Of a stretch of 64,000 bases of DNA, positions 1 to 10,564 are shown one piece after another. Under the pieces are notes generated by a model. It saw only the letters and a list, made by a program, of their open reading frames with translations. It was not told the origin of the DNA and did no database searches. Position 1 is the stretch's first letter. The number at the start of each line of letters is the position of its first letter. The position numbers and the translations under genes are program-made. The stretch comes from an uncultured Verrucomicrobiae bacterium. GTDB taxonomy: Bacteria > Verrucomicrobiota > Verrucomicrobiia > Chthoniobacterales > UBA10450. The stretch spans positions 96,001 through 160,000 of the forward strand of contig CAWDGJ010000007.1 of assembly GCA_963801815.1 (NCBI GenBank). Reading direction: 5' to 3'.

Positions 1-113
1 GCGGCCATTGGCGCGAAGTTGGACAGCCACAACGCGGTCCCCGAATGAATGAGAAGACCCGCCGCAATTCGATAAGCGACGGCTGACAAAATGAGAATAA
101 GCGCCGGAATCAT
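1..113 (-). CDS. Partial (N-terminal) membrane protein, DUF6580-like
   Basis: Manual translation from ATG 113: MIPALILILSAVAYRIAAGLLIHSGTALWLSNFAPMAA..., hydrophobic with an NFAPxxA motif; runs off the window edge. Confidence 0.55.
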   Translation of the reverse strand, partial: MIPALILILSAVAYRIAAGLLIHSGTALWLSNFAPMA

Positions 114-199
114 CGTCGGAAATCTAGCTGACCCGCGAGAGATGGAAAGTCGATTTGCCGGAATCTGCGCGGCCGGCCAGAAGATACCAAAACGGATTG

Positions 200-1708
200 T
201 TAGACCTTCAACTTATCGCCAACCTGCTGCTGCCAATGATGAATCCGTGCCGAAAGTTCATCGACCGCATCCCGGTGCGAGTTGTCGTAATACAAGTTGC
301 GCTTCTCGTCAGGATCTTCGTTAAGATTGTAAAGTTCGTTCTTATCTCTATCGCGGAGGCAAAGTTTCCAGCCATCGGGCGAAACAACGGCACGGGTTGA
401 TTCGCGAAGACAAGCTGCGACCTCATCTTTGCTGGCGAGTCTGCTGCGTTCCATGGCGATGTCCGGCTTTGTGGGAGCCCACTCAAGAAAAACAAAATCC
501 GCCCGAGTCGTTTCACCGCGAATCAAACCCGCCCTGCTTTTTCCCGAGCACTGGGAATGGACCGGTTTACCCAAGAGATCGAGAATCGTCGGCACAAAAT
601 CGATATGACTTATCGGCTGCGAGCAACGTCGCGGCGTTTCACCGGGCAGACGGACGAGATAAGGAACAGTCGCGGATTGCTCGAACATCAACTGTTTACC
701 GAGAAGCCCGTGCGCGCTCATCATGTCGCCGTGATCGCTGGTTAGGACCGTGATAGTGCGGTCGCGCAGTCCATAATCATCGACCTTGGCAAGGATCGCT
801 CCGATGCTTCGGTCGATCTCACTGATCAGGCCAAGATATCTCTGTTTAATGGAACGATATTCCGCGGCCGTAGGGTGCTGACTCCGATAGAATTCCTGGC
901 GCACGCGGTAGCGCAATGGCATATCGTCGCCAAAGATATTGTCGGCGCTAGGGTCGAGCGAAATAGTATCCAGCGGATGCTCGTCATTGAACGGTCCATT
1001 GTAAGGCGGGTGCGGTTCGAAGAAGGCCACGAACAAAACGAAAGGTTCGCGCCGATGCCGCTCCAGAAATTCGCATGCTCTGGTTTCAAGGAACTTCGGC
1101 TTCGATAACTCGAAAGGCAGCGTGGTCGGGAATTCAAGGGAGAAACACTTCCCATTGTGGAGATCGGGTTTGTAACCCTTCGATAGAAGAAATTGCGTGT
1201 AATCGCTCTGTCCGCCCTTCTTGCGACCGTGCTCCGCGCTCTTGAAAGCATCTTCGATCGAGACCCATTCCTGAAAACCGTGCTGGGGCAGGAACTCATC
1301 ACCAAGATGCCATTTTCCGAAATATCCTGTGCGATAAGCGGAATCACCGAGCATCTCCGGTAAACAGCGAAAGTTGACTGGCAGAACATCTTTGTTGTCT
1401 GTGCAACCGGTTTGATGAGGCCAGGTACCCGACAGCAAGGAGGAACGAGATGGTGCACAAATTGGATGGGTCACGTAGGCCCGTTCAAATACGACCGATT
1501 CTGATGCCAATTGGTTGAGACTCGGCGCGTGCACCCTAGCGGAGCCGTCGAGGATCAGGTCCCCGCGAAGTTCGTCTGGAAGAAACACAATAAGATTCGG
1601 TATCGCCGACGAACTCGAGAGTTGCGCTGCTGAATGACCTTTAATCGCCAGTGCCGCTGAGCCCAAAGCAACCGTGCGCAGAAAGGAACGGCGCGATATT
1701 CTTGCCAC
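200..1708 (-). CDS. Tat-exported sulfatase (Cys-type formylglycine-dependent, choline-sulfatase-like)
   Basis: SRRSFL twin-arginine signal; CAPSRSSLLSG (CxPxR) motif; GKWHLG and SDHG motifs. Confidence 0.9.
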   Translation of the reverse strand: MARISRRSFLRTVALGSAALAIKGHSAAQLSSSSAIPNLIVFLPDELRGDLILDGSARVHAPSLNQLASESVVFERAYVTHPICAPSRSSLLSGTWPHQTGCTDNKDVLPVNFRCLPEMLGDSAYRTGYFGKWHLGDEFLPQHGFQEWVSIEDAFKSAEHGRKKGGQSDYTQFLLSKGYKPDLHNGKCFSLEFPTTLPFELSKPKFLETRACEFLERHRREPFVLFVAFFEPHPPYNGPFNDEHPLDTISLDPSADNIFGDDMPLRYRVRQEFYRSQHPTAAEYRSIKQRYLGLISEIDRSIGAILAKVDDYGLRDRTITVLTSDHGDMMSAHGLLGKQLMFEQSATVPYLVRLPGETPRRCSQPISHIDFVPTILDLLGKPVHSQCSGKSRAGLIRGETTRADFVFLEWAPTKPDIAMERSRLASKDEVAACLRESTRAVVSPDGWKLCLRDRDKNELYNLNEDPDEKRNLYYDNSHRDAVDELSARIHHWQQQVGDKLKV

Positions 1709-1839
1709 TCCTATGAGTACGAACGGTCCGCGGCACGCTCAAGACAGGCGCGACCGGAAATTTGCGTCAGCGAAAAGGCGACAGATCACGTCTCGCGGCG
1801 AACCAGAGGCCGGGATTGGCAGCCGCTCTGCCGAGAGTG

Positions 1840-2088
1840 TTACTTCTTATTGGCAAGCAGAGCGTTCAACCGCGCTTTGCGGCGATTGGCCGCGTTGCGA
1901 TGAATGACTCCATGCTTTGCCGCTTTATCGAGCGCGGATATCAGACCGCGAATCTGCTGAGCATCTGGTTTGGCCGTTCCCCGGACTCCTTTTTGAAGGG
2001 AACGCAGCCGCGTCCGCACGCCGCGGTTTTGAGTGGCCCGGGCGAGAGATTTTCGAGAACGCTTCGCAGCAGATTGTGTGTTAGCCAT
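1840..2088 (-). CDS. rpsT: 30S ribosomal protein S20
   Basis: MANTQSAAKR... LDKAAKHGVIHRNAANRRKARL signature. Confidence 0.97.
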   Translation of the reverse strand: MANTQSAAKRSRKSLARATQNRGVRTRLRSLQKGVRGTAKPDAQQIRGLISALDKAAKHGVIHRNAANRRKARLNALLANKK

Positions 2089-2159
2089 TTTATTTTAATC
2101 GGGCGTCGACGTTCGCGCAGACCGTCGAAATGTCAAGATGTCGATCTTTCGACCGCGTC

Positions 2160-2831
2160 TTACGACGAGACGCGCGAACCTGAAGCGACTTTGATTTGCG
2201 AACTATCTTTGTCTTTTCTTAAACCCGACCCTGACGCTGGCGTATCAAAGCCGTAGACTTCCGGATCGGCCATGTTCGAAGCTTTCGGCAGGCGGTCCTG
2301 AACAATTTCCACCGGCGTCCCAAGCGGGAGTTGACTGTAAAGAGCAACTACATCAAGCGACCTCATCCGGATGCAACCGAAACTGGCTGGCTTGCCGAGC
2401 AACTTCTCTTCGTTCGTCCCGTGGATGTAAATACAACGATGAAACGCGTGCGCGTTCGCAGCTTCCAAGCCTCGCAGCCAGATAATGCGTGTCATTACTG
2501 GATCGCGCCCGGGCGTATTGGGTTGAAGAACCTCACCGGTCCAGCGTCGATTGTGAAAGACAGCGCCGACTGGCGCCCGGTCGCCGATTTTTTGCGCGAC
2601 TTGCAACAAACCGAGCGGGGTTGCCAGGCTGCCCCAAGCATCGCCCAATCCATATTTCGAAGTCGAGACGGGATAAGTCGCGGCGATCGCTCCGTTTTCA
2701 AGCAGGATCAGCTTCTGATCCCGCACGCTAATTATGACGCGAGTGGACAGCGTTGGCGCCGGTATACTCGCGGCATTGACGGACGCGATGGACAAAAGAA
2801 GGGCTAGGACAAAGGTGGAGGAACGAAACAT
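2160..2831 (-). CDS. L,D-transpeptidase (YkuD family) with signal peptide
   Basis: IYIHGT...ASFGCIRM catalytic His/Cys motif; likely start MFRSSTFVLALL at 2831. Confidence 0.9.
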   Translation of the reverse strand: MFRSSTFVLALLLSIASVNAASIPAPTLSTRVIISVRDQKLILLENGAIAATYPVSTSKYGLGDAWGSLATPLGLLQVAQKIGDRAPVGAVFHNRRWTGEVLQPNTPGRDPVMTRIIWLRGLEAANAHAFHRCIYIHGTNEEKLLGKPASFGCIRMRSLDVVALYSQLPLGTPVEIVQDRLPKASNMADPEVYGFDTPASGSGLRKDKDSSQIKVASGSRVSS

Positions 2832-2862
2832 CCGAGCTCTAATACGCAGAAAACGCACGTTG

Positions 2863-4368
2863 TCACGCAGGAATTGGAGACGGCGAACGGGAGGCTCCGA
2901 AACTGAATTTCGGCGACCAAGGCAAGAGCGACGATAGCGCCACATAAAAGAAACCGCCCTGGAACAGGAGCAGGAACGGTACCGACAGAAATTGACGGTT
3001 GCTAACAGCGAACCACACGAAGTAGCTGAAATAAATGGCAAAGGCGAGTTCGGCGATCGGCAAAGTCGACTTTAACGCGCGGTACTTGCAGCTGCGCCAG
3101 GATTGCGATTTACGTTCAATGCCGTACTTGGGCGTCCGCGTGAAATCGGATTGGTGATTAAAGATCGCCTCCAAAACGGCCCGCGCATTGTTCAAGGAGA
3201 GACCGATGCCGAGCGCGAGCAAACAGGGAAGCAATAACATCTGCTTCATCCAGGTTCGCGGATGCAGTTCACGCTGCGCACAGACATAAAAGGCTGCCAC
3301 CGAGACTGACGCAGTTAAAAAGATCGGGATGTCGATCAAAAGCGTCCGCACCCAACCGCTCTGTGGCCCGCCGGTTGAAGGATGCAGAAGCACGCAAAGG
3401 CACGCGAGAAGCAAATAGGCGAAATTCGAGACCAAATGTCCGGTTGCTTCGGCTTTGATCGCGAACGGAAGTTCGCTCCGCCAGATACGCGGAAGGAGCT
3501 TCTTACAAGTTTGAATAGACCCTTTGGTCCAGCGGTGCTGCTGCGATTTGAAGCCATTCATGTCTACCGGCAGCTCCGCCGGAGTGACAACGTCGGGAAG
3601 GAAAATAAATTTCCAGCCCTCCAGCTGCGCGCGGTAGCTCAAATCGAGATCTTCACAAAGCGTGTCGTGCTGCCAGCCGCCGGCTTCTTCGATGCACCTC
3701 TTCCGCCACAATCCCGCGGTCCCATTGAAATTGAAAAAACGCCCACTTCGGCTACGCGCGGTCTGCTCGAGCACAAGATGCCCGTCTAAGAACATTGCCT
3801 GAACACGCGTGAGCAACGAATAGCCGCGATTCAAGTGACCCCAACGTGTCTGGATCATGCCGACCTTCGGGTCAGTGAAAAATTGGATAGTTCGCTGAAG
3901 CAAATCCCGCGGCGCGACGAAATCCGCGTCGAGGATACAAACGAATTCCCCATCGGCCGCTTCCAATCCACCCGCGAGCGCGCCGGCTTTGAAACCGGTC
4001 CGGTCTACCCGATGGATCAGTTGAACGTCGTAACCGCGACGCCGCAATTCATCGACACAAGAGGCGGTAACTTCGCGCGTGTCGTCGGTGGAATCGTCCA
4101 GCACCTGGATTTGCAGCAGTTCCCGCGGATAATCGAGCTCGCTCACCGAGCGGAGCAGGCGCTCCACGACGTAAATCTCATTAAAAATGGGGAGCTGGAC
4201 CGTGACCTTCGGCAGCTGGTCGAACCGGCCGGCAGGGACCGACGCTCGTTTGCGGTTTTTCAGGAAGAGATAGATGATGAAGTAGCGGTGCACTCCGTAA
4301 GCCGACAAACCAATAAGCACGGCCAGATAACACGCCGTCCAAATCAAATACCCGAGGCTTCCTTGCAT
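2863..4368 (-). CDS. Membrane GT2 glycosyltransferase, cellulose-synthase-like
   Basis: DDS, DAD, EDLDL and QQHRW (D,D,D,QxxRW) motifs; N- and C-terminal TM segments. Confidence 0.9.
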   Translation of the reverse strand: MQGSLGYLIWTACYLAVLIGLSAYGVHRYFIIYLFLKNRKRASVPAGRFDQLPKVTVQLPIFNEIYVVERLLRSVSELDYPRELLQIQVLDDSTDDTREVTASCVDELRRRGYDVQLIHRVDRTGFKAGALAGGLEAADGEFVCILDADFVAPRDLLQRTIQFFTDPKVGMIQTRWGHLNRGYSLLTRVQAMFLDGHLVLEQTARSRSGRFFNFNGTAGLWRKRCIEEAGGWQHDTLCEDLDLSYRAQLEGWKFIFLPDVVTPAELPVDMNGFKSQQHRWTKGSIQTCKKLLPRIWRSELPFAIKAEATGHLVSNFAYLLLACLCVLLHPSTGGPQSGWVRTLLIDIPIFLTASVSVAAFYVCAQRELHPRTWMKQMLLLPCLLALGIGLSLNNARAVLEAIFNHQSDFTRTPKYGIERKSQSWRSCKYRALKSTLPIAELAFAIYFSYFVWFAVSNRQFLSVPFLLLFQGGFFYVALSSLLPWSPKFSFGASRSPSPIPA

Positions 4369-4488
4369 AAGGTGAGCTGCCAGTATTAAGACAGCAGGCG
4401 CATGATGGCGTTTCCGAGGCAGCCGTCAAATCAAAAATGGCGCGGTTGCCTCGCAAAAACGACCCAAAATCGCCAGAAAATCCGGCGA

Positions 4489-5283
4489 ATGTCGAGCTTA
4501 TATGCGTTGGTAGTTATGGCCGCTCTGGCGTGTCCGCTGAGTGGAGCGGAGCCACCGCCGACCGGCGAAGACCACGAGTTCGAGGAGCTTGGCGTCAATC
4601 GCTACACTACGCCATCGATCGCCCGGATTTTCAACCAGCTGGACCAACTCAAGCCGATTCCGTTTGACCAACTAAACCGCGACTTTCCACAACTGGCGGG
4701 CGCCAGCCGCGAGCAAAAAGGTCTGATGTTTGGCGGATTAATTGCCAACGGATTTCTGCTGGTCGAAGCAGAAAAGAAAAATTTAATCGAAAACTTCGGC
4801 CGTGTCCTGATGCAGCAGGCACGGGCACTCGGAGTCGGGGACCGGGTAATGCGCCACAGCGCAAGTCTCACCGAGCTTGGTCGACGCGGTGAATGGCCCC
4901 GGATGCGTCAGGAATTAATCACCACCCAAACCGATGTCGAACAGGCGATGGTTGAACTGCGCGACGAGAAGATGGCGCATTTGATCAGTCTCGGCGGATG
5001 GTTGCGCGGTTTGGAAATATCCGCTGCATCCGTGGAGCTGGATTTCTCGCCGCAACGCGCAAAAATCCTCGCCCAACCGGATTTGGTCGATTATTTCGCA
5101 AGCGAGCTTCAAACGCTGCCGCCAGCACTGGTCCACTCGCCTCTGTTCGAGAAACTTCGCGCCGGAATAGCTGCGCTGGGTCCACTCCTAAAAAAATCTC
5201 CGACCGAAATTAGGCGCGCTGACGTGACCGCGATTCGGGTTCAAGCGAACGAATTGAATCAGGCGATTCGGCAAGGCGGATAA
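4489..5283 (+). CDS. Hypothetical exported alpha-helical protein
   Basis: Long clean ORF; signal-peptide-like start MSSLYALVVMAALACPLSGA. Confidence 0.65.
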   Translation: MSSLYALVVMAALACPLSGAEPPPTGEDHEFEELGVNRYTTPSIARIFNQLDQLKPIPFDQLNRDFPQLAGASREQKGLMFGGLIANGFLLVEAEKKNLIENFGRVLMQQARALGVGDRVMRHSASLTELGRRGEWPRMRQELITTQTDVEQAMVELRDEKMAHLISLGGWLRGLEISAASVELDFSPQRAKILAQPDLVDYFASELQTLPPALVHSPLFEKLRAGIAALGPLLKKSPTEIRRADVTAIRVQANELNQAIRQGG

Positions 5284-5327
5284 ATTATGAGCCAGACCAG
5301 TTCGGCGGCAAGCGCTCTGCTGCTGAT

Positions 5328-7838
5328 ATGCTATCTTTGCTACTCCGCAGTATGCCGTTGCGATATCTTGTAAAAAAAGGACGAGATAACCGCCTCGAAC
5401 GCTTCAACATAGTTGTCTCGATACTGCTGGCCGGCTGGATTCCCTCAATCCTGACTCTCGTCGTTTCCTATTCAATTTTGAGTCGAACGCTCGAGACCAG
5501 CATTCTGAAAGACCGGCAAACTTTCGTGCAGTTGATCGCCCACCTTGTCGGCGATGATCTGAGCCGGACGGGAGGGATCATCGATTATTATCAAACCTCA
5601 CCGGAAGTCGCCCGAATATTCAATTCGCCAAATCCGCAGTCTGCGGGCCAGCAATGGCTGGGGACGACGTTCTATTCTCATCCGCGGGTCGACGGAATGT
5701 TTGTAGCGAATCGCGACGGCCGGTTAGTTGCCTCGATCCCCTACCTTCCCGAGATGATCGGCAAGGAAGTCGATTCGAATCTGTGGCGCGCGGAAGCAGA
5801 GAAGCTTACGACTGCGTTCGTTTCGCCCGTACATCCTCGTGCATCAGACCAACGAATAGTGACCGACGTGGTAGGCGCGATCCGCACTCCGGATAAAACC
5901 GTCATCGGTTATCTTGGAGTTTCGGTGCTGGTAGAACGAATTGGACGCCGGCTCGCGACAATTCAATTCGCCGACCAGTCGACCTGCCAAGTGGTCGACC
6001 AAACCGGACATCCCCTGTTCACCAACGATTTCCGACCGAATCCGGGAACGGTCAGCTCGCGTGACTCGATTTTGCCGCCAGAGGTTTCGCAAAAGAAGGC
6101 AGGTAATCTGGAGCGCGGTGGAAATCTCTATTCTTTTGCACCTGTCGAAACCGCCGGATGGACCGTGGTCGTAAAGCAACCCAAAGCGATCGCTTACAAG
6201 CCTCGCCGCGATCTCCTGGAACGAATGGCTGTGCTCACTGGGTGGCTGGTTACGGCGATTTCCATTTTCGCGTGGTTCGGGGGCCGGTTTTACCGTCGCC
6301 AAACGGAAGCAGCGCGCCGGATCGAACGTGAAGTGATCTTCAACGAAAAAATCCTGGCCAACATGCCGATTGGCATCGCCTTTGTTGATCCTGCCTCACG
6401 AAAGTTTTTGCAGGCGAACGAAGCATTCACCCAGATGGCGCAACGCTTTGGCGGTCTGCCAGCGCGGCTCGATGTTATCGGCTCAACCTATGAAGATGTA
6501 AAAATCGCGCCGCCGGATGCGATTGAACGTGTTCTTTCGTTCGGCACGCCGTTTCAATTGATGGAGCAATCGTTTCCAGACGAGGGCGGCCTGACGCACT
6601 TCGTGAACGTGACGCTGCTCCGTTTGCAGGCGGCCGACCAGACGATCCAGGGCGTCCTCTATTTCGTGGAAGATAAAACGCGCGATGTAACCTTGCGGCA
6701 AGAGTTGATCAACGCCAACGCGGCAAAGGACCAGTTCCTCGCTTTGCTGTCACACGAATTGCGAAATCCGCTTTCGCCGGTAATCGCGATGGTCGGGGAG
6801 CTCGAAGCTTCGACGCCACGCTCGCCAAAATTGCGGCAGGCGCTGGAAGTGATTCGGCGAAACGTGGAGCTCGAGGCGCGATTGATTGACGATTTACTCG
6901 ACGTAACGCGCATCGCCAAGGGCAAATTGCAACTGATGCTCGAAGTGGTCGACGTTCACGAAATTCTTCGATGCGCCTACGAAATCTGCCGTGGCGACAT
7001 CGAGATGAAATCGATCGAGGCAAGATTCGAGCTCAATGCCGATGAGGTCTATGTGGAAGGCGACCCCGCGCGGTTACAGCAGATTTTTTGGAACCTGATC
7101 AAGAATAGCGTGAAGTTCACGCCGGCCAACGGCTGCATCACAATTTCGACGTCCAATCCACGACCCGATCAGGTCGAAATCCGCGTGATCGATACCGGGA
7201 TTGGCATCGAGCCGGATAAAATCGGAAAAATCTTTAACGCCTTCGAACAAGGACAGACCTCTATCACCCGCAGGTTTGGCGGGCTCGGCCTTGGCTTGGC
7301 TATATCGAAAGCGATGGTGGACGCACACCGGGGAAAAATCCGCGTGGAAAGCGCTGGTAAGGATAAGGGTGCAACTTTTACGGTTCAGCTGAAAACTGTT
7401 CCCGCGCCTGCCATCGCTGCCAATGGCACCGACGGCGACCAGACAGTTTCAGATACGGAGGGTGCCCCGGCCCACAGGCATCGTCTTCTTGTGGTGGACG
7501 ATCACGTGGACACCTGCACCGGGATGAAAATGATGTTGGAGCGGCGCGGTTACGACATCAGCGTTGCCTATTCAGCTGACCAGGCTTCAGAAAAAGCGCG
7601 ACAGGAAGATTTTGATTTGCTGATCAGCGACATTGGTCTCCCGGACCGCAGCGGGTACGAGTTGATGATCGAACTGCGACAAAGCCAAGGTTTACCCGGA
7701 ATCGCGCTCAGCGGTTTTGGAATGGAAGCCGATATCAGCAAAGCGCGCGACGCCGGATTTTCCGAGCATCTCACCAAGCCGATAAATTTCGAGCGGCTGG
7801 AGAAAGCCATTCGTCGCCTGCTAGGATCCAAGGCCTGA
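5328..7838 (+). CDS. Hybrid sensor histidine kinase (Cache-like periplasmic domain, PAS-like, HisKA, HATPase, receiver)
   Basis: Two TM segments; LSHELRNPL H-box; NLIKNSVKF N-box; DTGIG and GGLGLGL boxes; receiver with VVDDH, SDIGLP, TKP; start may be 5352. Confidence 0.93.
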   Translation: MLSLLLRSMPLRYLVKKGRDNRLERFNIVVSILLAGWIPSILTLVVSYSILSRTLETSILKDRQTFVQLIAHLVGDDLSRTGGIIDYYQTSPEVARIFNSPNPQSAGQQWLGTTFYSHPRVDGMFVANRDGRLVASIPYLPEMIGKEVDSNLWRAEAEKLTTAFVSPVHPRASDQRIVTDVVGAIRTPDKTVIGYLGVSVLVERIGRRLATIQFADQSTCQVVDQTGHPLFTNDFRPNPGTVSSRDSILPPEVSQKKAGNLERGGNLYSFAPVETAGWTVVVKQPKAIAYKPRRDLLERMAVLTGWLVTAISIFAWFGGRFYRRQTEAARRIEREVIFNEKILANMPIGIAFVDPASRKFLQANEAFTQMAQRFGGLPARLDVIGSTYEDVKIAPPDAIERVLSFGTPFQLMEQSFPDEGGLTHFVNVTLLRLQAADQTIQGVLYFVEDKTRDVTLRQELINANAAKDQFLALLSHELRNPLSPVIAMVGELEASTPRSPKLRQALEVIRRNVELEARLIDDLLDVTRIAKGKLQLMLEVVDVHEILRCAYEICRGDIEMKSIEARFELNADEVYVEGDPARLQQIFWNLIKNSVKFTPANGCITISTSNPRPDQVEIRVIDTGIGIEPDKIGKIFNAFEQGQTSITRRFGGLGLGLAISKAMVDAHRGKIRVESAGKDKGATFTVQLKTVPAPAIAANGTDGDQTVSDTEGAPAHRHRLLVVDDHVDTCTGMKMMLERRGYDISVAYSADQASEKARQEDFDLLISDIGLPDRSGYELMIELRQSQGLPGIALSGFGMEADISKARDAGFSEHLTKPINFERLEKAIRRLLGSKA

Positions 7839-7887
7839 CATTGCGGCGCGGTTGCCCGCGAGCAATGTCGGTTCCCACAGAATGATC

Positions 7888-8241
7888 TTAACCGCCGACT
7901 CGCGTTCCTGCCGGCGTCGTCTTTTTGGTTGCGGCCTCTTTCAATTCGCGGGAAAGTTTTTCGACCCGCTGCCGCATGATTTTGCCGGCTTTGAACTTCA
8001 CGGTCGCGCGTGACGGAATCACAAAACTGCTGCCGGGTTGGTTCGGATTCCGACCGACGCGAGGTTTGGTCAGCCGCGGCTGGAAGATTCCGAAGTTGCG
8101 CAGCTCGACTGGGACGTTGTTGGCCAGACTATCGGTGATTTTGTCGAGCGTGCGCTGGACAATATCGAAGACCTGGTGCTGCACCATTCCGGTCTGATTG
8201 CTGATCGCAACTACAATGTCGCGTTTGGTAAGTTTAGCCAT
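7888..8241 (-). CDS. HU/IHF-family DNA-binding protein
   Basis: MAKLTKRDIV... VELRNFGIF... GRNPNQPG... VKFKAGK motifs. Confidence 0.92.
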   Translation of the reverse strand: MAKLTKRDIVVAISNQTGMVQHQVFDIVQRTLDKITDSLANNVPVELRNFGIFQPRLTKPRVGRNPNQPGSSFVIPSRATVKFKAGKIMRQRVEKLSRELKEAATKKTTPAGTRVGG

Positions 8242-8342
8242 ACGTCTAAACAAGAATCGTGTGCCGCGACACAATCGCGGGCATGATTGAAGAAGAAAAG
8301 TAAATTCTTTGCGCCCAGCTGTCTAGCCCCGAATGGGGCCGA

Positions 8343-8789
8343 TCAGTGCGCCGGGGCGGGCCGCTGGAAAAACCGGCTCCGGATTTGGTTCCAGTAATAG
8401 TCGAACACGGATTGGTCGGCCAACTCTCTGCGCCGCGCTTTCAGCTGGCCTTGCATTAAACCGAGTTTTGTAAACGCGGCATTCCAGTCCGTTTCCAAAC
8501 GACGAATCTCATCGTTACCAAGATCGCGTACGCCGCGGATCGACGCGCCACGTTGCAAGACGCTCATCGCTTTGCCCGACACTTCCGCGACGACGTTCAG
8601 CTCGCGCAGGATGTACTCGGTTTCTTGCAACAGATTACTGCGAATTTCGGTGAACTGCCGCTCCTGCTCCGAAGAGATGATCGGCTTTGCTTTGTCCAGA
8701 CCATAGGTAATTAGGTCGTGGAGCCGCTTCCAATTATCCAACTGCAATCCGACGAGGCGCAACCGGGTTTCAAGTTTCTTGTCGCGCAT
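8343..8789 (-). CDS. Hypothetical helical protein
   Basis: Clean 148-aa ORF co-oriented and tightly packed with neighbours. Confidence 0.6.
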   Translation of the reverse strand: MRDKKLETRLRLVGLQLDNWKRLHDLITYGLDKAKPIISSEQERQFTEIRSNLLQETEYILRELNVVAEVSGKAMSVLQRGASIRGVRDLGNDEIRRLETDWNAAFTKLGLMQGQLKARRRELADQSVFDYYWNQIRSRFFQRPAPAH

Positions 8790-8800
8790 TGGAATGAATC

Positions 8801-9538
8801 TTAAACACTCACCAACTCGAGCGTTTCATCGAGCTTTTGCAGATTATCAATGAGCAGGTGGGCCCACGGACGATTCACTGTCTGCTCCTGACTGATGATC
8901 CCTTCTTCGAAATAGAAGCGGCCTTGTCGCCACCGGAAAATCTCGGCGACCGCTGCTTCGCCCTCAAGCGAGCCAAACACCGCGTGCCGGATCGATCCCT
9001 GTTGCAAATAGATTTCGCTGTTACCGCGGCCAGACTTGAAAGTGAAACGCCCACTCCGCTGACTCAGACAGCTCATTTGCAGGATTTCCGCCGCCGAAAA
9101 TTGGTTAAGATTTCCAACAAGCGAGTGACACGGATCGATTCCTTCCGCAGCAGAGCCGGGATTGGCATCGAGTGATCGAACAAATCGGCTCAGGTCCGCT
9201 CGCAAACACCGATCACTTCGCGACATCGGCAATAACTCGATGTTCTGTTCCTTCGCGACTGCGTCGATCTCCGGCCCGCGTCGGTCGTAGAGCAGACAAG
9301 CGGTGGTCAAAGACGGAAAGTGTTGCCGCACATTTGTTGCCTGCTCAAGGGCCAGTGCCGCCTCGCCTTCGATGATCAGGCCGTCGAAATTCTCCGCGAG
9401 CAAGGCCGAGACCGCTTCCGACAGATTCCGGACAATTTGGATCTCTAAGTTTCCGTTCTCGTCGAGAATAGCCAGAGCTCGATCTTCGAAGACCGGGTCG
9501 GCGTTTAAGATCAGGACTCTCGTTTCCACAATTCCCAA
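8801..9538 (-). CDS. Degenerate receiver-like domain plus DUF4388 domain protein
   Basis: N-terminal VLILNAD..FDGLIIE receiver-like pattern; C-terminal LVGNLNQFSAAEILQM...GSIRHA...FRWRQGRFYF. Confidence 0.75.
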   Translation of the reverse strand: MGIVETRVLILNADPVFEDRALAILDENGNLEIQIVRNLSEAVSALLAENFDGLIIEGEAALALEQATNVRQHFPSLTTACLLYDRRGPEIDAVAKEQNIELLPMSRSDRCLRADLSRFVRSLDANPGSAAEGIDPCHSLVGNLNQFSAAEILQMSCLSQRSGRFTFKSGRGNSEIYLQQGSIRHAVFGSLEGEAAVAEIFRWRQGRFYFEEGIISQEQTVNRPWAHLLIDNLQKLDETLELVSV

Positions 9539-9596
9539 ATCAGATCTAGGGATTCATAGCAGGAATCCTGCCGTAGCGGCCACTTCCACGGCCGTC

Positions 9597-10553
9597 TTAT
9601 CGCCGCCACTCTTCTCGCGGAGGCGGGGCGGCAAAGTGCTCGGGCGCCACCGCGTGGGCGGTGCGGAAATGGACCTTCGCCAGCTGGCGCAGTATCTCGG
9701 GACCCTTCGACTCGACCAGCTTTTCCGCGGCGGTCTTCACTGCTGGCGAAACACCTCTTTCCAGGCGGACGCCAAGCTTCTTCCCTTCCCGCTCAAGCCA
9801 GTTGATGAACCCCTCCCGCGCCAAAATCGACGCCGCCGCCACCGCGATGTCCGATTCGGCACGGGGACGTTGCTGGATCTCGATCTTTTGGCCGTGCCGA
9901 AATAACGATTGCTCGATCAATCGGGCGTCCGCGAATTGATCTGAAAGCGAGCGACGACAATCGGGCTTTTTCGCCAGCAAATTTTCAATCACTCGGGCAT
10001 GGCCCCAGGCCAGAAGCTTGTTGAGGTTCCCGAATTTCTGATAGAGCTCGTTATATTTTGCCGGACCGATTAGGACTACGTCGTTCAAGCCCATCGACGT
10101 TTTTCGAATTGTGTCGGCTAACGCCCGAATTCGCGCGTCGGAACCGATTCGTTTGCTGTCCTGGACACCGCCTTCGATCAACTTGCGGGCAATCCCGGGA
10201 TCCACGTAAACACCGGCGATTACCAGCGGTCCAAAGAAGTCGCCCTTGCCGCTTTCGTCCACCCCAAAGTGTGGCTCGAACATTTCCGGCGAATGAACTT
10301 CTTCATAACCAAGCTTCGCCTCACCCAGGATTTTTGGCTCGAGCTCGAACTGCACGAATTCCTCCACTCCTTTACCCTGGATGAGCGCCTTTGGTCCTTT
10401 CTCGTAAACCGCGACGCTAAGCTTATTTTTTTGGGCAAAAAAAATTGTGTACTGTTTGGCCGAAAATTCGAAGCCAAGGTCTTCAAGCAACGATCGAAGT
10501 TTGCTCGCCTGTTCGAGCGTTAAGAAACTTGTGTAGCTGGCCAGTGGCGCCAT
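9597..10553 (-). CDS. rnhC: Ribonuclease HIII
   Basis: N-terminal TBP-like extension; GVDESGKGDFFGPL, DSK, DQF, VAAASILAR, AKVHFRT motifs. Confidence 0.93.
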   Translation of the reverse strand: MAPLASYTSFLTLEQASKLRSLLEDLGFEFSAKQYTIFFAQKNKLSVAVYEKGPKALIQGKGVEEFVQFELEPKILGEAKLGYEEVHSPEMFEPHFGVDESGKGDFFGPLVIAGVYVDPGIARKLIEGGVQDSKRIGSDARIRALADTIRKTSMGLNDVVLIGPAKYNELYQKFGNLNKLLAWGHARVIENLLAKKPDCRRSLSDQFADARLIEQSLFRHGQKIEIQQRPRAESDIAVAAASILAREGFINWLEREGKKLGVRLERGVSPAVKTAAEKLVESKGPEILRQLAKVHFRTAHAVAPEHFAAPPPREEWRR

Positions 10554-10564
10554 TGGCAAAACCT

